This document shows positions 36,517 to 44,848 of a stretch of DNA of 64,000 nucleotides, one piece after another. The stretch is from Candidatus Doudnabacteria bacterium RIFCSPHIGHO2_12_FULL_48_16. GTDB lineage: Bacteria > Patescibacteriota > Doudnabacteria > UBA920 > O2-02-FULL-48-8. A program made the translations under genes and the position numbers. Numbering within the stretch: the first letter of the stretch is position 1; each line of letters opens with the position of its first letter. The notes below the pieces were generated by a model. The model saw only the letters and a program-made list of their open reading frames with translations. It was not told the DNA's origin and searched no databases. The stretch is from NCBI GenBank assembly GCA_001780035.1, contig MFEY01000007.1:6212-70211 (forward strand), written 5' to 3'.

Positions 36517-37812
36517 TTAAAAATCCTCGTAGTCCCGCATGACCATTTGGGCCTGAACCTGTTTCATAACTTCGATCACCACCGCCACTACGATCAGAAG
36601 GCTGGTGCCGCCCAGAGCCAGACTCTGCGCACCGGTAAAGTATTGCATGATGTTTGGCAAAACCGCGATCAGGCCCAAAAAGATGGCGCCGACCAAAGTG
36701 ATCCGGTTTAAAACCTTATAGAGGAACTCGGCGGTTTGCCGGCCTGGCCGTAGGCCCGGAATGAATCCGCCTTGCTTCTGGATATTTTCCGAAATTTCAT
36801 CGGGATTGAATACGATGGCGGTATAGAAATAAGTAAAAGCCACAACCAAGATAAAGTAAATGATCCCCTGGTAAGTCTGGTTTTGGAAAAAAGTGTTTAG
36901 AGCCGTTGCAGCGTGAGCCAGCCAAACGGTTTTGGCGCTGGAAAAAAAGTTCGCGATCAAGCCCGGGAACAACAGGATGGAAATGGCAAAAATGATCGGA
37001 ATGACGCCGGCCTGGTTGACGCGCAGCGGCAGATGGGTGTTGACCCCGCCATACATTTTGTTGCCGCGAATCCGCTTGGCATACGACACCGGGATATTGC
37101 GCTGGGCTTCGGTAATCATAACCACTCCGGCAATAACCACCAATGCCAACGCCAGATACGACAATCCGGTGACCAAAGATTGCGGGCTGATTCCGCCCGA
37201 GGTGTTCAAGCTCAAGAATGATTGCTGGGCCACAACTGGAATGCGGGCAACGATCCCGGCAAAGATAATTAAGGAGATGCCGTTGCCAATTTTGAATTCC
37301 GAAATCATTTCGCCCAGCCAGAGCAACACCATGGTACCGGCCGTAACCGACAATAAGGTAATAAACCACTGAAACGGGCTGAAGTTCGAGGCAATGTTGG
37401 AACCGGCCTGCCGCGACAACAGCATAATCGTGCCGTAAGCCTGGATTGCAGCCAGCGGCACAGTCAAATATCGCATATATTGGTTGATTTTGGCCCGGCC
37501 CGCTTCGCCGCCTTCCTTGGACAGTTCCCCGAGCTTGGGGATGATCACGGTCAGCAACTGGATGATAATCGAAGCCGTGATGTAAGGCCCAACGCCGAGC
37601 ATAGCCACGGAAAAAGTGCTCAAGCCGCCGCCGGAAAAGATATCGAACAAGCCCAACAGCTGGTTGCTGTTGATCAATTGTCTCAAATCAGTGATGCCTA
37701 TTCCCGGAATCGGGATATGGGACAGGATTCTGGTGGCCACCAACAAACCCGCCACAATCAGAATTCGATTGCGAAGTTCTTTGACCTTCCAGATTTGAGA
37801 AATTCTCGACAT
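36517..37812 (-). CDS. secY: Preprotein translocase subunit SecY
   Basis: 431 aa with ten transmembrane segments and SecY-conserved loops. Confidence 0.9.
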   Translation of the reverse strand: MSRISQIWKVKELRNRILIVAGLLVATRILSHIPIPGIGITDLRQLINSNQLLGLFDIFSGGGLSTFSVAMLGVGPYITASIIIQLLTVIIPKLGELSKEGGEAGRAKINQYMRYLTVPLAAIQAYGTIMLLSRQAGSNIASNFSPFQWFITLLSVTAGTMVLLWLGEMISEFKIGNGISLIIFAGIVARIPVVAQQSFLSLNTSGGISPQSLVTGLSYLALALVVIAGVVMITEAQRNIPVSYAKRIRGNKMYGGVNTHLPLRVNQAGVIPIIFAISILLFPGLIANFFSSAKTVWLAHAATALNTFFQNQTYQGIIYFILVVAFTYFYTAIVFNPDEISENIQKQGGFIPGLRPGRQTAEFLYKVLNRITLVGAIFLGLIAVLPNIMQYFTGAQSLALGGTSLLIVVAVVIEVMKQVQAQMVMRDYEDF

Positions 37813-37816
37813 GATT

Positions 37817-38257
37817 TTAGCTGATCTTGCCGCCGGCCTTTTCGATTTTATCCTTCGCCGCGGCGGACACTAATACTTTTTCAAATGACAGGGACTTTTT
37901 AAGTTCGCCCTGATTGAGGATTTTGATCTTACCGTTGGCATCTTTAACCAAGCCCTTGTTGAACAAGGTTTTAGGATTAACCATTTCGCCGGCCTGAAAT
38001 TTCTGTTCCAGCAAATCCAGACTGATCGGTATGGCTTTGGGAATTCGGCTGGTAAAGCCGCGGCGCTTGGGAATCTGCCGGTGCAACGGCATGCGGCCGC
38101 CTTCAAAACCGACCGGAATTGAGGCGCCCGAACGGGCCAGCTGGCCCTTGGCGCCGCGGCCCGAAAAGGTGCCGTGGCCGGAGCCAACACCACGTCCGAC
38201 AGTTTTGCGGCGCTTGGTTGATCCCTTGTATGGCCTGAGTTCAGAGAGTTTCAGCAT
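37817..38257 (-). CDS. rplO: 50S ribosomal protein L15
   Basis: MLKLSELRPYKGSTKRRKTVGRGVGSGHGTFSGRG. It directly follows rpsE with no L30 gene between them. Confidence 0.9.
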   Translation of the reverse strand: MLKLSELRPYKGSTKRRKTVGRGVGSGHGTFSGRGAKGQLARSGASIPVGFEGGRMPLHRQIPKRRGFTSRIPKAIPISLDLLEQKFQAGEMVNPKTLFNKGLVKDANGKIKILNQGELKKSLSFEKVLVSAAAKDKIEKAGGKIS

Positions 38258-38258
38258 A

Positions 38259-38762
38259 TTATTTCTTAAAATTCAGCATGGTGTCTTTGGACTTCATTTT
38301 AGACAAAGCCAGATAGGTCGCCATGACATTATTTACCTTGTTGGAAGAACCGATCATTTTCGACAGCACATTCTTGACGCCGACCAAGTCGAGCACCTGG
38401 CGGATCGAGCCGCCGGCGATAATTCCCGTGCCCGGCCGGGCCGGTTTGAGAAAGACCACCGAGGATTTATACTTCAGCTTCATTTCGTGCGGAATGGTAT
38501 CGTTGACCAGGTTGATGCTCACCAGAGTTTTCTTGGCCGCGTTAACCGCCTTGTTCACAGCTTCCGAAACATCGGCGCCTTTGCGCAGACCGATGCCCAC
38601 CCGCCCTTTTTTGTCCCCGATCACCACTAGGGCGCGGAAACGCATGCGCTTGCCGCCAGCGACCACGCGCGTCACGCGCTTGATCTCGACGATCTTTTGC
38701 TCAAATTCTCTGGGGCCCTGTTCGCCTTGGCGGCCGCGACCGCGGCCTCTGTTAAATGCCAT
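38259..38762 (-). CDS. rpsE: 30S ribosomal protein S5
   Basis: …RVTRVVAGGKRMRFRALVVIGDKKGRVGIG…. Confidence 0.9.
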   Translation of the reverse strand: MAFNRGRGRGRQGEQGPREFEQKIVEIKRVTRVVAGGKRMRFRALVVIGDKKGRVGIGLRKGADVSEAVNKAVNAAKKTLVSINLVNDTIPHEMKLKYKSSVVFLKPARPGTGIIAGGSIRQVLDLVGVKNVLSKMIGSSNKVNNVMATYLALSKMKSKDTMLNFKK

Positions 38763-38781
38763 AAAGATTCTTTCTTCTCTT

Positions 38782-38945
38782 TCTTCTCCCCTTGCGGGAG
38801 AAGATGTCAGCCTTAGAGATTTTATTAAAGCCGGCTGACAGATGAGGGGTATCTAAGGGTTAGTAGGCTCCTAAATCACCCTCACCTGTCACTCAACGAA
38901 GTTGAGTGACATCCTCTCCCGTCAAGGGAGAGGATAAAACTGAAA
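38782..38945. repeat. SR-C structured repeat, copy 1, upstream of rpsE
   Basis: Modules: TCTTCTCCC-cttgc-GGGAGAAGA, tgtcagc…gctgacagatg, gaggggtatctaag…, aaatcaccctcacctgtc…, ATCCTCTCCC-gtcaa-GGGAGAGGAT. Confidence 0.6.
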
Positions 38946-38952
38946 GTTACGT

Positions 38953-39294
38953 TTAAAACTCCAATCCCGCAGCGCGAGCGCTGTCAGCTAATTCTTTTAC
39001 CCGGCCGTGATACTGGTATCCGCCGCGGTCAAACACAACTTTTTTAATCCCGGCCGCCTGGGCTTTCTGGGCGGCGAGCTTGCCGACCTCAACCGAGGCC
39101 TGCTTCTTGCTGTTTTTACCCTTAAGTTCCGAACTGGCGGCGCTGGCCATGGTCTTACCGTTTTCATCATCGATGAATTGCACGTAAATCTGGCTTAACG
39201 ATCGGAAAACATTCATGCGCGGAACTTGCGCCGTTCCTTTGACTTTCGAGCGAATCCGGTTATGTCTAAATTTTCTCTGGGTTCTTTTGTTCAT
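38953..39294 (-). CDS. rplR: 50S ribosomal protein L18
   Basis: …RPRLSVFRSLKHIYAQ…-type L18. 113 aa. Confidence 0.9.
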   Translation of the reverse strand: MNKRTQRKFRHNRIRSKVKGTAQVPRMNVFRSLSQIYVQFIDDENGKTMASAASSELKGKNSKKQASVEVGKLAAQKAQAAGIKKVVFDRGGYQYHGRVKELADSARAAGLEF

Positions 39295-39314
39295 AGAATT
39301 ATAATTTCTAGATT

Positions 39315-39869
39315 CTATTTTCCGCCTCCGACGGCCTTAACGACTTTGCCCGCTTTACGCCGAATAACTTCATCGGAATATTTTATGCCTTTGCCCTTGT
39401 AAGGCTCCGGTTCCCGCTGGGAGCGCACAACAGCCGCAAACTGGCCGACCAACTGGCGGTCAATGCCGGCTACGGTCATAACGTTCTTTTCCACTTTGAC
39501 GTCCAGACCATCCGGGATTTCCATTTCAATCGGGTGCGAATAACCAAGATTCATGACCAATTTTTTTCCGGTCACCGCGGCTTTGTAACCGACCCCGTTG
39601 ATTTCCAAGGTTTTGCTAAACCCGGCGGTCACACCAGAGACCATATTGTTAATCAGCGCGCGCGATAATCCCCACAACGCCCGTTCGCTCTTTACCTTCT
39701 CGTTTTTTACGCTGACGACCAGATCCTGGCCATTCTGAGCAACAGTAACTTTGGGATGAACATGCAGCGTTAATTCGCCCTTGGGTCCTTTGACCTTCAG
39801 AGTCTGATCCTGAATCTCGGCGGTCACACCGGATGGCAGGGTTACTGGTTTTTTACCGATTCTGCTCAT
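39315..39869 (-). CDS. rplF: 50S ribosomal protein L6
   Basis: [33 protein letters not shown]…. Confidence 0.9.
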   Translation of the reverse strand: MSRIGKKPVTLPSGVTAEIQDQTLKVKGPKGELTLHVHPKVTVAQNGQDLVVSVKNEKVKSERALWGLSRALINNMVSGVTAGFSKTLEINGVGYKAAVTGKKLVMNLGYSHPIEMEIPDGLDVKVEKNVMTVAGIDRQLVGQFAAVVRSQREPEPYKGKGIKYSDEVIRRKAGKVVKAVGGGK

Positions 39870-39887
39870 TTGATTCTTTCTTCTTGT

Positions 39888-40036
39888 TCTTCTCCCCTTG
39901 CGGGAGAAGATGTCAGCGTTATTTGGGTTATTATTAGTCGCTGACAGATGAGGGGTATCTAAGCTTACTTAGCTCTTAAATCACCCTCACCTGTCCCGAC
40001 TTTGTCGGGACATCCTCTCCCGTTGAGGGAGAGGAT
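39888..40036. repeat. SR-C structured repeat, copy 2, upstream of rplF
   Basis: About 96% identical over roughly 150 nt to copy 3 (40469-40617). Same module order, with an inner hairpin gtcccgac-tttgtc-gggac. Confidence 0.65.
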
Positions 40037-40052
40037 TAAGCTGAAAATTACA

Positions 40053-40451
40053 TTACCAAATTTGGCAGACAATTTCGCCGCCGACTTTGGCCTTGCGGGC
40101 TTCCTTGTCCGTCATTAATCCTTTCGAAGTCGAAACTACCGTGGTGCCCATGCTGCCCATGACACGCGGCAAATTTTCCCGGGAAGCATAAATACGCTGT
40201 CCCGGCTTGCTGACCCGTTTGATGCCGGAAATCGTCGGTTGGCCGGAGGCATCGTATTTGAGCTGCAGCATCAAATTTTTGAAGCCGCCGTCTTCCGACA
40301 CTTCCACTTTCTTAATCCAGCCTTCTGTTTCCAGAACTTTGGCCAGGCTGAGCTTGAAATTGGAGTGCGGCAAAGAAACTTCGCTCTTGCGGGCGAGCAA
40401 TGCATTGCGAATGCGGGTTAGCATATCTGAAATTGTGTCGTTCATCGTCAT
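40053..40451 (-). CDS. rpsH: 30S ribosomal protein S8
   Basis: MTMNDTISDMLTRIRNALLARK…. Confidence 0.9.
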   Translation of the reverse strand: MTMNDTISDMLTRIRNALLARKSEVSLPHSNFKLSLAKVLETEGWIKKVEVSEDGGFKNLMLQLKYDASGQPTISGIKRVSKPGQRIYASRENLPRVMGSMGTTVVSTSKGLMTDKEARKAKVGGEIVCQIW

Positions 40452-40468
40452 AAGGTTTTTTCTTATTT

Positions 40469-40617
40469 TCTTCTCCCCTTGCGGGAGAAGATGTCAGCGT
40501 TATTTGGGTTATTATTAGTCGCTGACAGATGAGGGGTATCTAAGCTTACTTAGCTCTTAAATCACCCTCACCTGTCCCGACTTTGTCGGGACATCCTCTC
40601 CCGTTGAGGGAGAGGAT
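40469..40617. repeat. SR-C structured repeat, copy 3, upstream of rpsH
   Basis: Near-identical to copy 2. It ends …caaggggagaagaaaataagaaaaaacctt just before the ATG. Confidence 0.65.
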
Positions 40618-40633
40618 TAAGCTGAAAATTACA

Positions 40634-40828
40634 TTACCAGGAAGATTTAACTATACCGGGGATTTCACCATTGGAAGCCAGTTCTCGGAAACAAATGCGG
40701 CAGATATCAAAATCGCGCATATAACCATGCTTGCGGCCACAGCGCCAGCAGCGGCGCACGACCCGGGTCGAATATTTCGCCTGGGTGCGGGATTTAAGAG
40801 ATTTTAAGTATTGAGCCTTGGTTGCCAT
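40634..40828 (-). CDS. rpsZ: 30S ribosomal protein S14, type Z (zinc-binding)
   Basis: 64 aa with CWRCGRKHGYMRDFDICRICFRE, a CxxC…CxxC zinc motif. Confidence 0.9.
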   Translation of the reverse strand: MATKAQYLKSLKSRTQAKYSTRVVRRCWRCGRKHGYMRDFDICRICFRELASNGEIPGIVKSSW

Positions 40829-40833
40829 AGTTG

Positions 40834-41370
40834 TTATTTGGAAAACGGGAACCCTAATGATTTAAGAAGCGCTAAAGCCTGTTTGTCATCGTCAGTCGAA
40901 GTTTGGATGTTAACTTCCAGGCCGAAAGTGTATTCAAAGTGTTCCCGCGTGGTCTCCGGAAATACAATCTGCTCCCGCAGACCAATGTTGTAGTTACCAT
41001 GGCCGTCAAATTTCTTGGGATCCAGGCCGCGGAAATCGCGAACGCGAGGAAGAGCAACCTTCACCAGTTTTTCCAAAAAATCATACATTCGATTGCCGCG
41101 CATGGTGACGACCAGACCAACTACCTGCCCCTCGCGGATTTTAAACCCGGCGATGGATTTCTTGGCCAGGGTTTTGACCGGAGTTTGGCCGGTAATGCGC
41201 TTGACGTCTTCCACAATCGCCTCGAGCATTTTGGCATCTTTCAATGTTTTACCGACGCCGACATTGACCACAACTTTCTGGATTTTCGGTACAGCCATAA
41301 CATTGCCCAAATGCAAATCCTGCATCAGGCTCTTGGTTACTTTTTCTTTGTATAAAGTCTTGAAATTCAT
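40834..41370 (-). CDS. rplE: 50S ribosomal protein L5
   Basis: MNFKTLYKEKVTKSLMQDLHLGNVMAVPKIQKVVVNVGVG…. Confidence 0.9.
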   Translation of the reverse strand: MNFKTLYKEKVTKSLMQDLHLGNVMAVPKIQKVVVNVGVGKTLKDAKMLEAIVEDVKRITGQTPVKTLAKKSIAGFKIREGQVVGLVVTMRGNRMYDFLEKLVKVALPRVRDFRGLDPKKFDGHGNYNIGLREQIVFPETTREHFEYTFGLEVNIQTSTDDDKQALALLKSLGFPFSK

Positions 41371-41476
41371 CCCGTTAGAAATAATAATTAGTTAATCGAC
41401 AATCTTTGTTATAGCCAGCCCGTTGAATATTATGCTCACTATTGGTTAAATATGCAAAATTTCTAACGGGATTCAT
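41371..41476 (-). mobile_element. IR-A element, copy 3, between rplX and rplE
   Basis: TAA-TGAAT-CCCGTTAGAAAT…TTAACTAATTATT-ATTTCTAACGGG-ATGAAT: a perfect 6-bp direct repeat ATGAAT flanks a 14-bp inverted repeat. Removing the element and one repeat gives TAATGAAT, the common TAATG stop-start overlap. Confidence 0.6.
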
Positions 41477-41781
41477 TAGATTACCTTTCCACACTTTTTA
41501 CATTTGCGAAAATTGCCGCGATCGGAAAGTTCGCGTCCGACCCGGGTCGGCTTGCCGCAGAGGGGGCAAATTAACTGAGTTTTGGAAGCATCGATCGCCC
41601 CAGGAAGTTCCAAGCGCTGTCCTTTTTCGCCCTGCCGTTTCGGCCGAGAAAATCGGACCCGGATGTGCAGCCCTTCGACGACCAGCTTGCCGGTTTTGGG
41701 AAACACGTCCAAAACCTTGCCGGTCTTACCCCGTTCTTTGCCTGCCAAAATTTTAACTGTATCGCCTTTCTTTATTCTCAT
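41476..41781 (-). CDS. rplX: 50S ribosomal protein L24
   Basis: MRIKKGDTVKILAGKERGKTGKVL… is the KOW motif. Confidence 0.9.
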   Translation of the reverse strand: MRIKKGDTVKILAGKERGKTGKVLDVFPKTGKLVVEGLHIRVRFSRPKRQGEKGQRLELPGAIDASKTQLICPLCGKPTRVGRELSDRGNFRKCKKCGKVI

Positions 41782-41794
41782 ATAATTCTTAATT

Positions 41795-41880
41795 TACGTC
41801 TACGAACTTACGAAATTTTTACGAAAATACGAAGTGAGCTAACCCTTTTCGTATGTTCGTATTCTGTTCGTAATTTCGTA
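41795..41880. repeat. Long imperfect hairpin built from iterated TACGAA (x4) and TTCGTA (x4) units, between rplN and rplX
   Basis: ctacgaacttacgaaatttttacgaaaatacgaag-tgagctaaccctt-ttcgtatgttcgtattctgttcgtaatttcgtag. The same TTCGTAAT unit is the recJ heptamer repeat. Confidence 0.55.
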
Positions 41881-41884
41881 GCCA

Positions 41885-42256
41885 TTACACTACTTCTTCG
41901 GCTAATGAAATAATTTTAGTGAACCCCAGATCGCGCAACTCCCTCGGCATCGGGCCAAAAATACGGGTGCCCCGCGGTTCCGGATCATCTTTGTTAACCA
42001 AAACTGCGGCGTTGTCATCAAATCTGATGTAAGATCCGTCAGAGCGGCGCACTTCCTTGCGGGTGCGGACGATCACGGCGTAAACCTTATCGCCCTTCTT
42101 GACTTGGCCTTTCGGACTGGCGATTTTGACGGAAGCGGAGATAACATCACCGATCGTCGCGAAACGGCGCTTGTTTTTCCCGTTCACGCTAAAAGCCGCG
42201 ATCTCGCGAGCGCCGGTATTATCTGCAACTTTTAAACGTGTTCTTAACTGTATCAT
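41885..42256 (-). CDS. rplN: 50S ribosomal protein L14
   Basis: [19 protein letters not shown]…. Confidence 0.9.
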   Translation of the reverse strand: MIQLRTRLKVADNTGAREIAAFSVNGKNKRRFATIGDVISASVKIASPKGQVKKGDKVYAVIVRTRKEVRRSDGSYIRFDDNAAVLVNKDDPEPRGTRIFGPMPRELRDLGFTKIISLAEEVV

Positions 42257-42315
42257 AATTTATTAGGTTGTTGTCCGCCGGAGGCGGATCCGCCTTTGGC
42301 GGAAATCATAAAATA

Positions 42316-42588
42316 TTAAATCTTGCTGACAACTTTCCAATTAACGGTTTTACTGTAAGGCCGGGATTCTTCGATTATGACCTTATCGCCGATTTTCAAT
42401 CCTTCCAAATCGTTATGGGAAGGGTATTTCTTTGAAACCGTGTAGCGCTTGTGATACTTCGGGTGCACTTTCACGGAATCGACTTCCACGATGACCGTCT
42501 TGGTCATTTTGTCGGAAATAACCCTGCCGGTTAATTTTCTGTGAATCTTATTCACCCCGTTAGATTTTACTGAATTATTATCTGTCAT
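42316..42588 (-). CDS. rpsQ: 30S ribosomal protein S17, with about 10 extra N-terminal residues encoded by an IR-A2 element
   Basis: MTDNNSVKSNGVN-KIHRKLTGRVISDKMTKTVIV… The S17 core starts at KIHRKLTGRVISDK. An alternative GTG at 42553-42555 directly follows the inverted-repeat arm. Confidence 0.85.
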   Translation of the reverse strand: MTDNNSVKSNGVNKIHRKLTGRVISDKMTKTVIVEVDSVKVHPKYHKRYTVSKKYPSHNDLEGLKIGDKVIIEESRPYSKTVNWKVVSKI

Positions 42589-42637
42589 AATTTTCTGCTT
42601 ATCCCATTGATTTTTCTAAAAATCTAACGGGGTCAAT
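42555..42637 (-). mobile_element. IR-A2 element, copy 1, between rpmC and rpsQ
   Basis: Minus orientation: TAA-TATTGA-CCCCGTTAGATTTTT…TTATGACAGATAATAATTCAGT-AAAATCTAACGGGG-TGAAT. The interior is homologous to the gap copy. Confidence 0.55.
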
Positions 42638-42638
42638 A

Positions 42639-42821
42639 TTATTTGGAATTAATGAGAGTTAAAATGCGGGCAATGTCTTTCTTGATATTCTGGAGGGTGT
42701 GGCTGTTCTTAACTTCCTTGGAATGAATCTTGAAAGTCAGATCACGAACCTGTTCGCGCAGGCTCGCCAGCTGGCGGCCCAGTTCCTGTTCACCCATGGC
42801 TTGCAATTCTTTCATTTTCAT
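42639..42821 (-). CDS. rpmC: 50S ribosomal protein L29
   Basis: MKMKELQAMGEQELGRQLASLREQVRDLTFK…. Confidence 0.9.
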   Translation of the reverse strand: MKMKELQAMGEQELGRQLASLREQVRDLTFKIHSKEVKNSHTLQNIKKDIARILTLINSK

Positions 42822-42822
42822 C

Positions 42823-42924
42823 CCGTTAAAAATTAATAACTAAATTAATCATATCTGTGATCGATAATCCTGCTAATATACTTTGCCCATCAACGAACGT
42901 CTCAAAATTTCTAACGGGATTCAT
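42823..42924 (-). mobile_element. IR-A element, copy 4, between rplP and rpmC
   Basis: TAA-ttt-ATGAAT-CCCGTTAGAAAT…TTTAGTTATTAATT-TTTAACGGG-ATGAAA. Confidence 0.55.
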
Positions 42925-42927
42925 AAA

Positions 42928-43341
42928 TTAAGCCTGATCCCTTAAGACAAACCGAGTCTTGATCGGCAGTTTGTGCGAGGCCAAGCGCATCGCTTCCGCA
43001 GCCTGGTCGGCGGTTACCCCGTCCATTTCAAACATAATCCGGCCCTTCTGGACGACGGCGACGAAATGGTCAACAGCTCCTTTGCCGGAACCCATCGGGG
43101 ATTCATTACCGTGAGAAGTGATCGGCTTATCTGGAAAAATGCGGATCCAAATCTTGCCGCCGCGCTGGACATATCGGGTCATGGCTCGGCGCGCTGATTC
43201 AATCTGGCGCGAAGTCACCCAGCTGTTTTCCAGGGCTTTGAGGCCATAGCTGCCAAAGGCAACATAATTGCCGGACATGGCCTTGCCGGAAGACTTTCCG
43301 CGGTGGTGCTTTCGATGCTTGACCTTTTTAGGTATTAACAT
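42928..43341 (-). CDS. rplP: 50S ribosomal protein L16
   Basis: [16 protein letters not shown]…. Confidence 0.9.
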   Translation of the reverse strand: MLIPKKVKHRKHHRGKSSGKAMSGNYVAFGSYGLKALENSWVTSRQIESARRAMTRYVQRGGKIWIRIFPDKPITSHGNESPMGSGKGAVDHFVAVVQKGRIMFEMDGVTADQAAEAMRLASHKLPIKTRFVLRDQA

Positions 43342-43453
43342 AGTAGTTTAACTTAAAATCAATAAATATTCTTAAATATTTCCGGTTCTCGCCCCGTACC
43401 GGAGCGAAGCGACTGGTGCGGGGTGTTTTACTTTCTTGGGAATCAACATAAAA

Positions 43454-44131
43454 TTATACGCCTTTCAGTCTAAGTTTATTACCGGTAAACACTTCACCTT
43501 TGTTAATCCAAACCTTGACTCCGATCGTGCCGTATGTGGTAAAGGCGGTGACGCGGGCAAAATCAATGTTGGCGCGCAGGGTGTGCAAGGGCAGTTTGCC
43601 TTTAAACAACCGTTCGCTGCGGGCGATTTCTGCGCCGCCCAACCGGCCGGCGCATTCGATTTTGACGCCCAAAGCCCCGGATTCCATAACCTGTTCAATG
43701 GCGCCTTTCATGGCGCGGCGAAAGGCAATCCGTTTTTCAATCTGATCCGCGATATTCTGCGCGACCACTTGAGACTGCAGATTGACGTCTTTGACTTCTT
43801 CGATGTTCAACTTCAAATCCAGCTTTTTTAAATTCAAGTGGGCCAAAATTTTCTTTTTTAAATCCTCAACGCCGCCCCCGCCCTTGCCGATAATCATTCC
43901 GGGCTTGGTGGTTTTGACCGTGACGCTCACGGTGGGACCGAAACGTTCGATATCGATCCGAACTAGGCCGCATTTTTTCAGTTGCAGCATCAAAAACGCG
44001 CGGATGCGGGTATCCTGTTCCAGCTTGGCGGCAAAACCGGTCTTGGAAAGCCATTTGGATTTCCAAGTGTCGGTAATGTTCATTCTTAAACTGTTGGCGT
44101 TGACTTTCTGTCCCATAAAATTTACCCCCAC
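43454..44131 (-). CDS. rpsC: 30S ribosomal protein S3
   Basis: MGQKVNANSLRMNITDTWKSKW… with the KH and S3-C domains. Confidence 0.9.
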   Translation of the reverse strand: MGVNFMGQKVNANSLRMNITDTWKSKWLSKTGFAAKLEQDTRIRAFLMLQLKKCGLVRIDIERFGPTVSVTVKTTKPGMIIGKGGGGVEDLKKKILAHLNLKKLDLKLNIEEVKDVNLQSQVVAQNIADQIEKRIAFRRAMKGAIEQVMESGALGVKIECAGRLGGAEIARSERLFKGKLPLHTLRANIDFARVTAFTTYGTIGVKVWINKGEVFTGNKLRLKGV

Positions 44132-44135
44132 ACCA

Positions 44136-44252
44136 AACGAGCTTCTGTTTCGGCTACGCCGAAACAGTTTACTCGCAGATTAGTTCGCTCGTTGATTATT
44201 GGTATTCTAATTATCATAAATTTATTATAACTGATTAAGCTCGTTCTGGTGT
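44136..44252. repeat. IR-flanked element between rpsC and rplV
   Basis: A 19-bp inverted repeat acccccacaccaaacgagc / gctcgttctggtgtgggggt encloses the hairpin ctgtttcgg-cta-cgccgaaacag. Confidence 0.5.
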
Positions 44253-44258
44253 GGGGGT

Positions 44259-44843
44259 TTATTCTCCAGATTTACGGTTAAATAATCGGCGCTTCAAACT
44301 GATAAAACTATTCTTGCGTTTTTCGCTCGAGCGCGGGGCCAATTTCGGCCCTTGCTGCTTGGTCGGTTCAACTTCGCCGGCTTCCCGTTCAACTTCGTTG
44401 AATGATGCTCGCCCCTTCGGGACGGCCGGTTCCGTTGATTTAGGGCGGAGTGTGAAAATAGATCGCTTGCTGACTGATTTCTTCGGGGCTCGTTCGCCCA
44501 ACACAAGATTGATGTGGCTGGTACGCTTGCGTTCAACGAAAGCCCGGCCCTGGGCACGCGGCGCGTATCGTTTGAAAACCGGTCCGCCGTCGATGGTTAC
44601 GGATTTAATATATAAATTATCCCTATTCAGATTAAAATTGTGGATGGCGTTGGCGATAGCGGAGTTGATAACCTTGGTTAAAGGCAGGGCGGCATTTTTG
44701 GAAGAAAAACGCAGCTGTTCCAACGCCACGTCCACTGAATTCGTGCGCACCAAATCCGCCACCAACCGCAGCTTGCGGGGGCTGACATGGATATAGCGGG
44801 CAAATGCCTTCACTTCCTTGATTTTAGACTTTTCTTGTGCCAT
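44259..44843 (-). CDS. rplV: 50S ribosomal protein L22, with a long C-terminal extension
   Basis: The L22 core is MAQEKSKIKEVKAFARYIHVSPRKLRLV…, followed by an extra Lys/Pro/Glu-rich tail of about 80 aa. Confidence 0.85.
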   Translation of the reverse strand: MAQEKSKIKEVKAFARYIHVSPRKLRLVADLVRTNSVDVALEQLRFSSKNAALPLTKVINSAIANAIHNFNLNRDNLYIKSVTIDGGPVFKRYAPRAQGRAFVERKRTSHINLVLGERAPKKSVSKRSIFTLRPKSTEPAVPKGRASFNEVEREAGEVEPTKQQGPKLAPRSSEKRKNSFISLKRRLFNRKSGE

Positions 44844-44848
44844 AAAAG

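Noticed and set aside
36797-37369. A 190-aa ORF plus others nested inside secY, and similar antisense or alternate-frame ORFs inside fusA, tuf, recJ, pgk and tkt
   Set aside because: They lie fully within well-supported conserved genes, in other frames. They are ordinary frame artefacts of GC-biased third codon positions.
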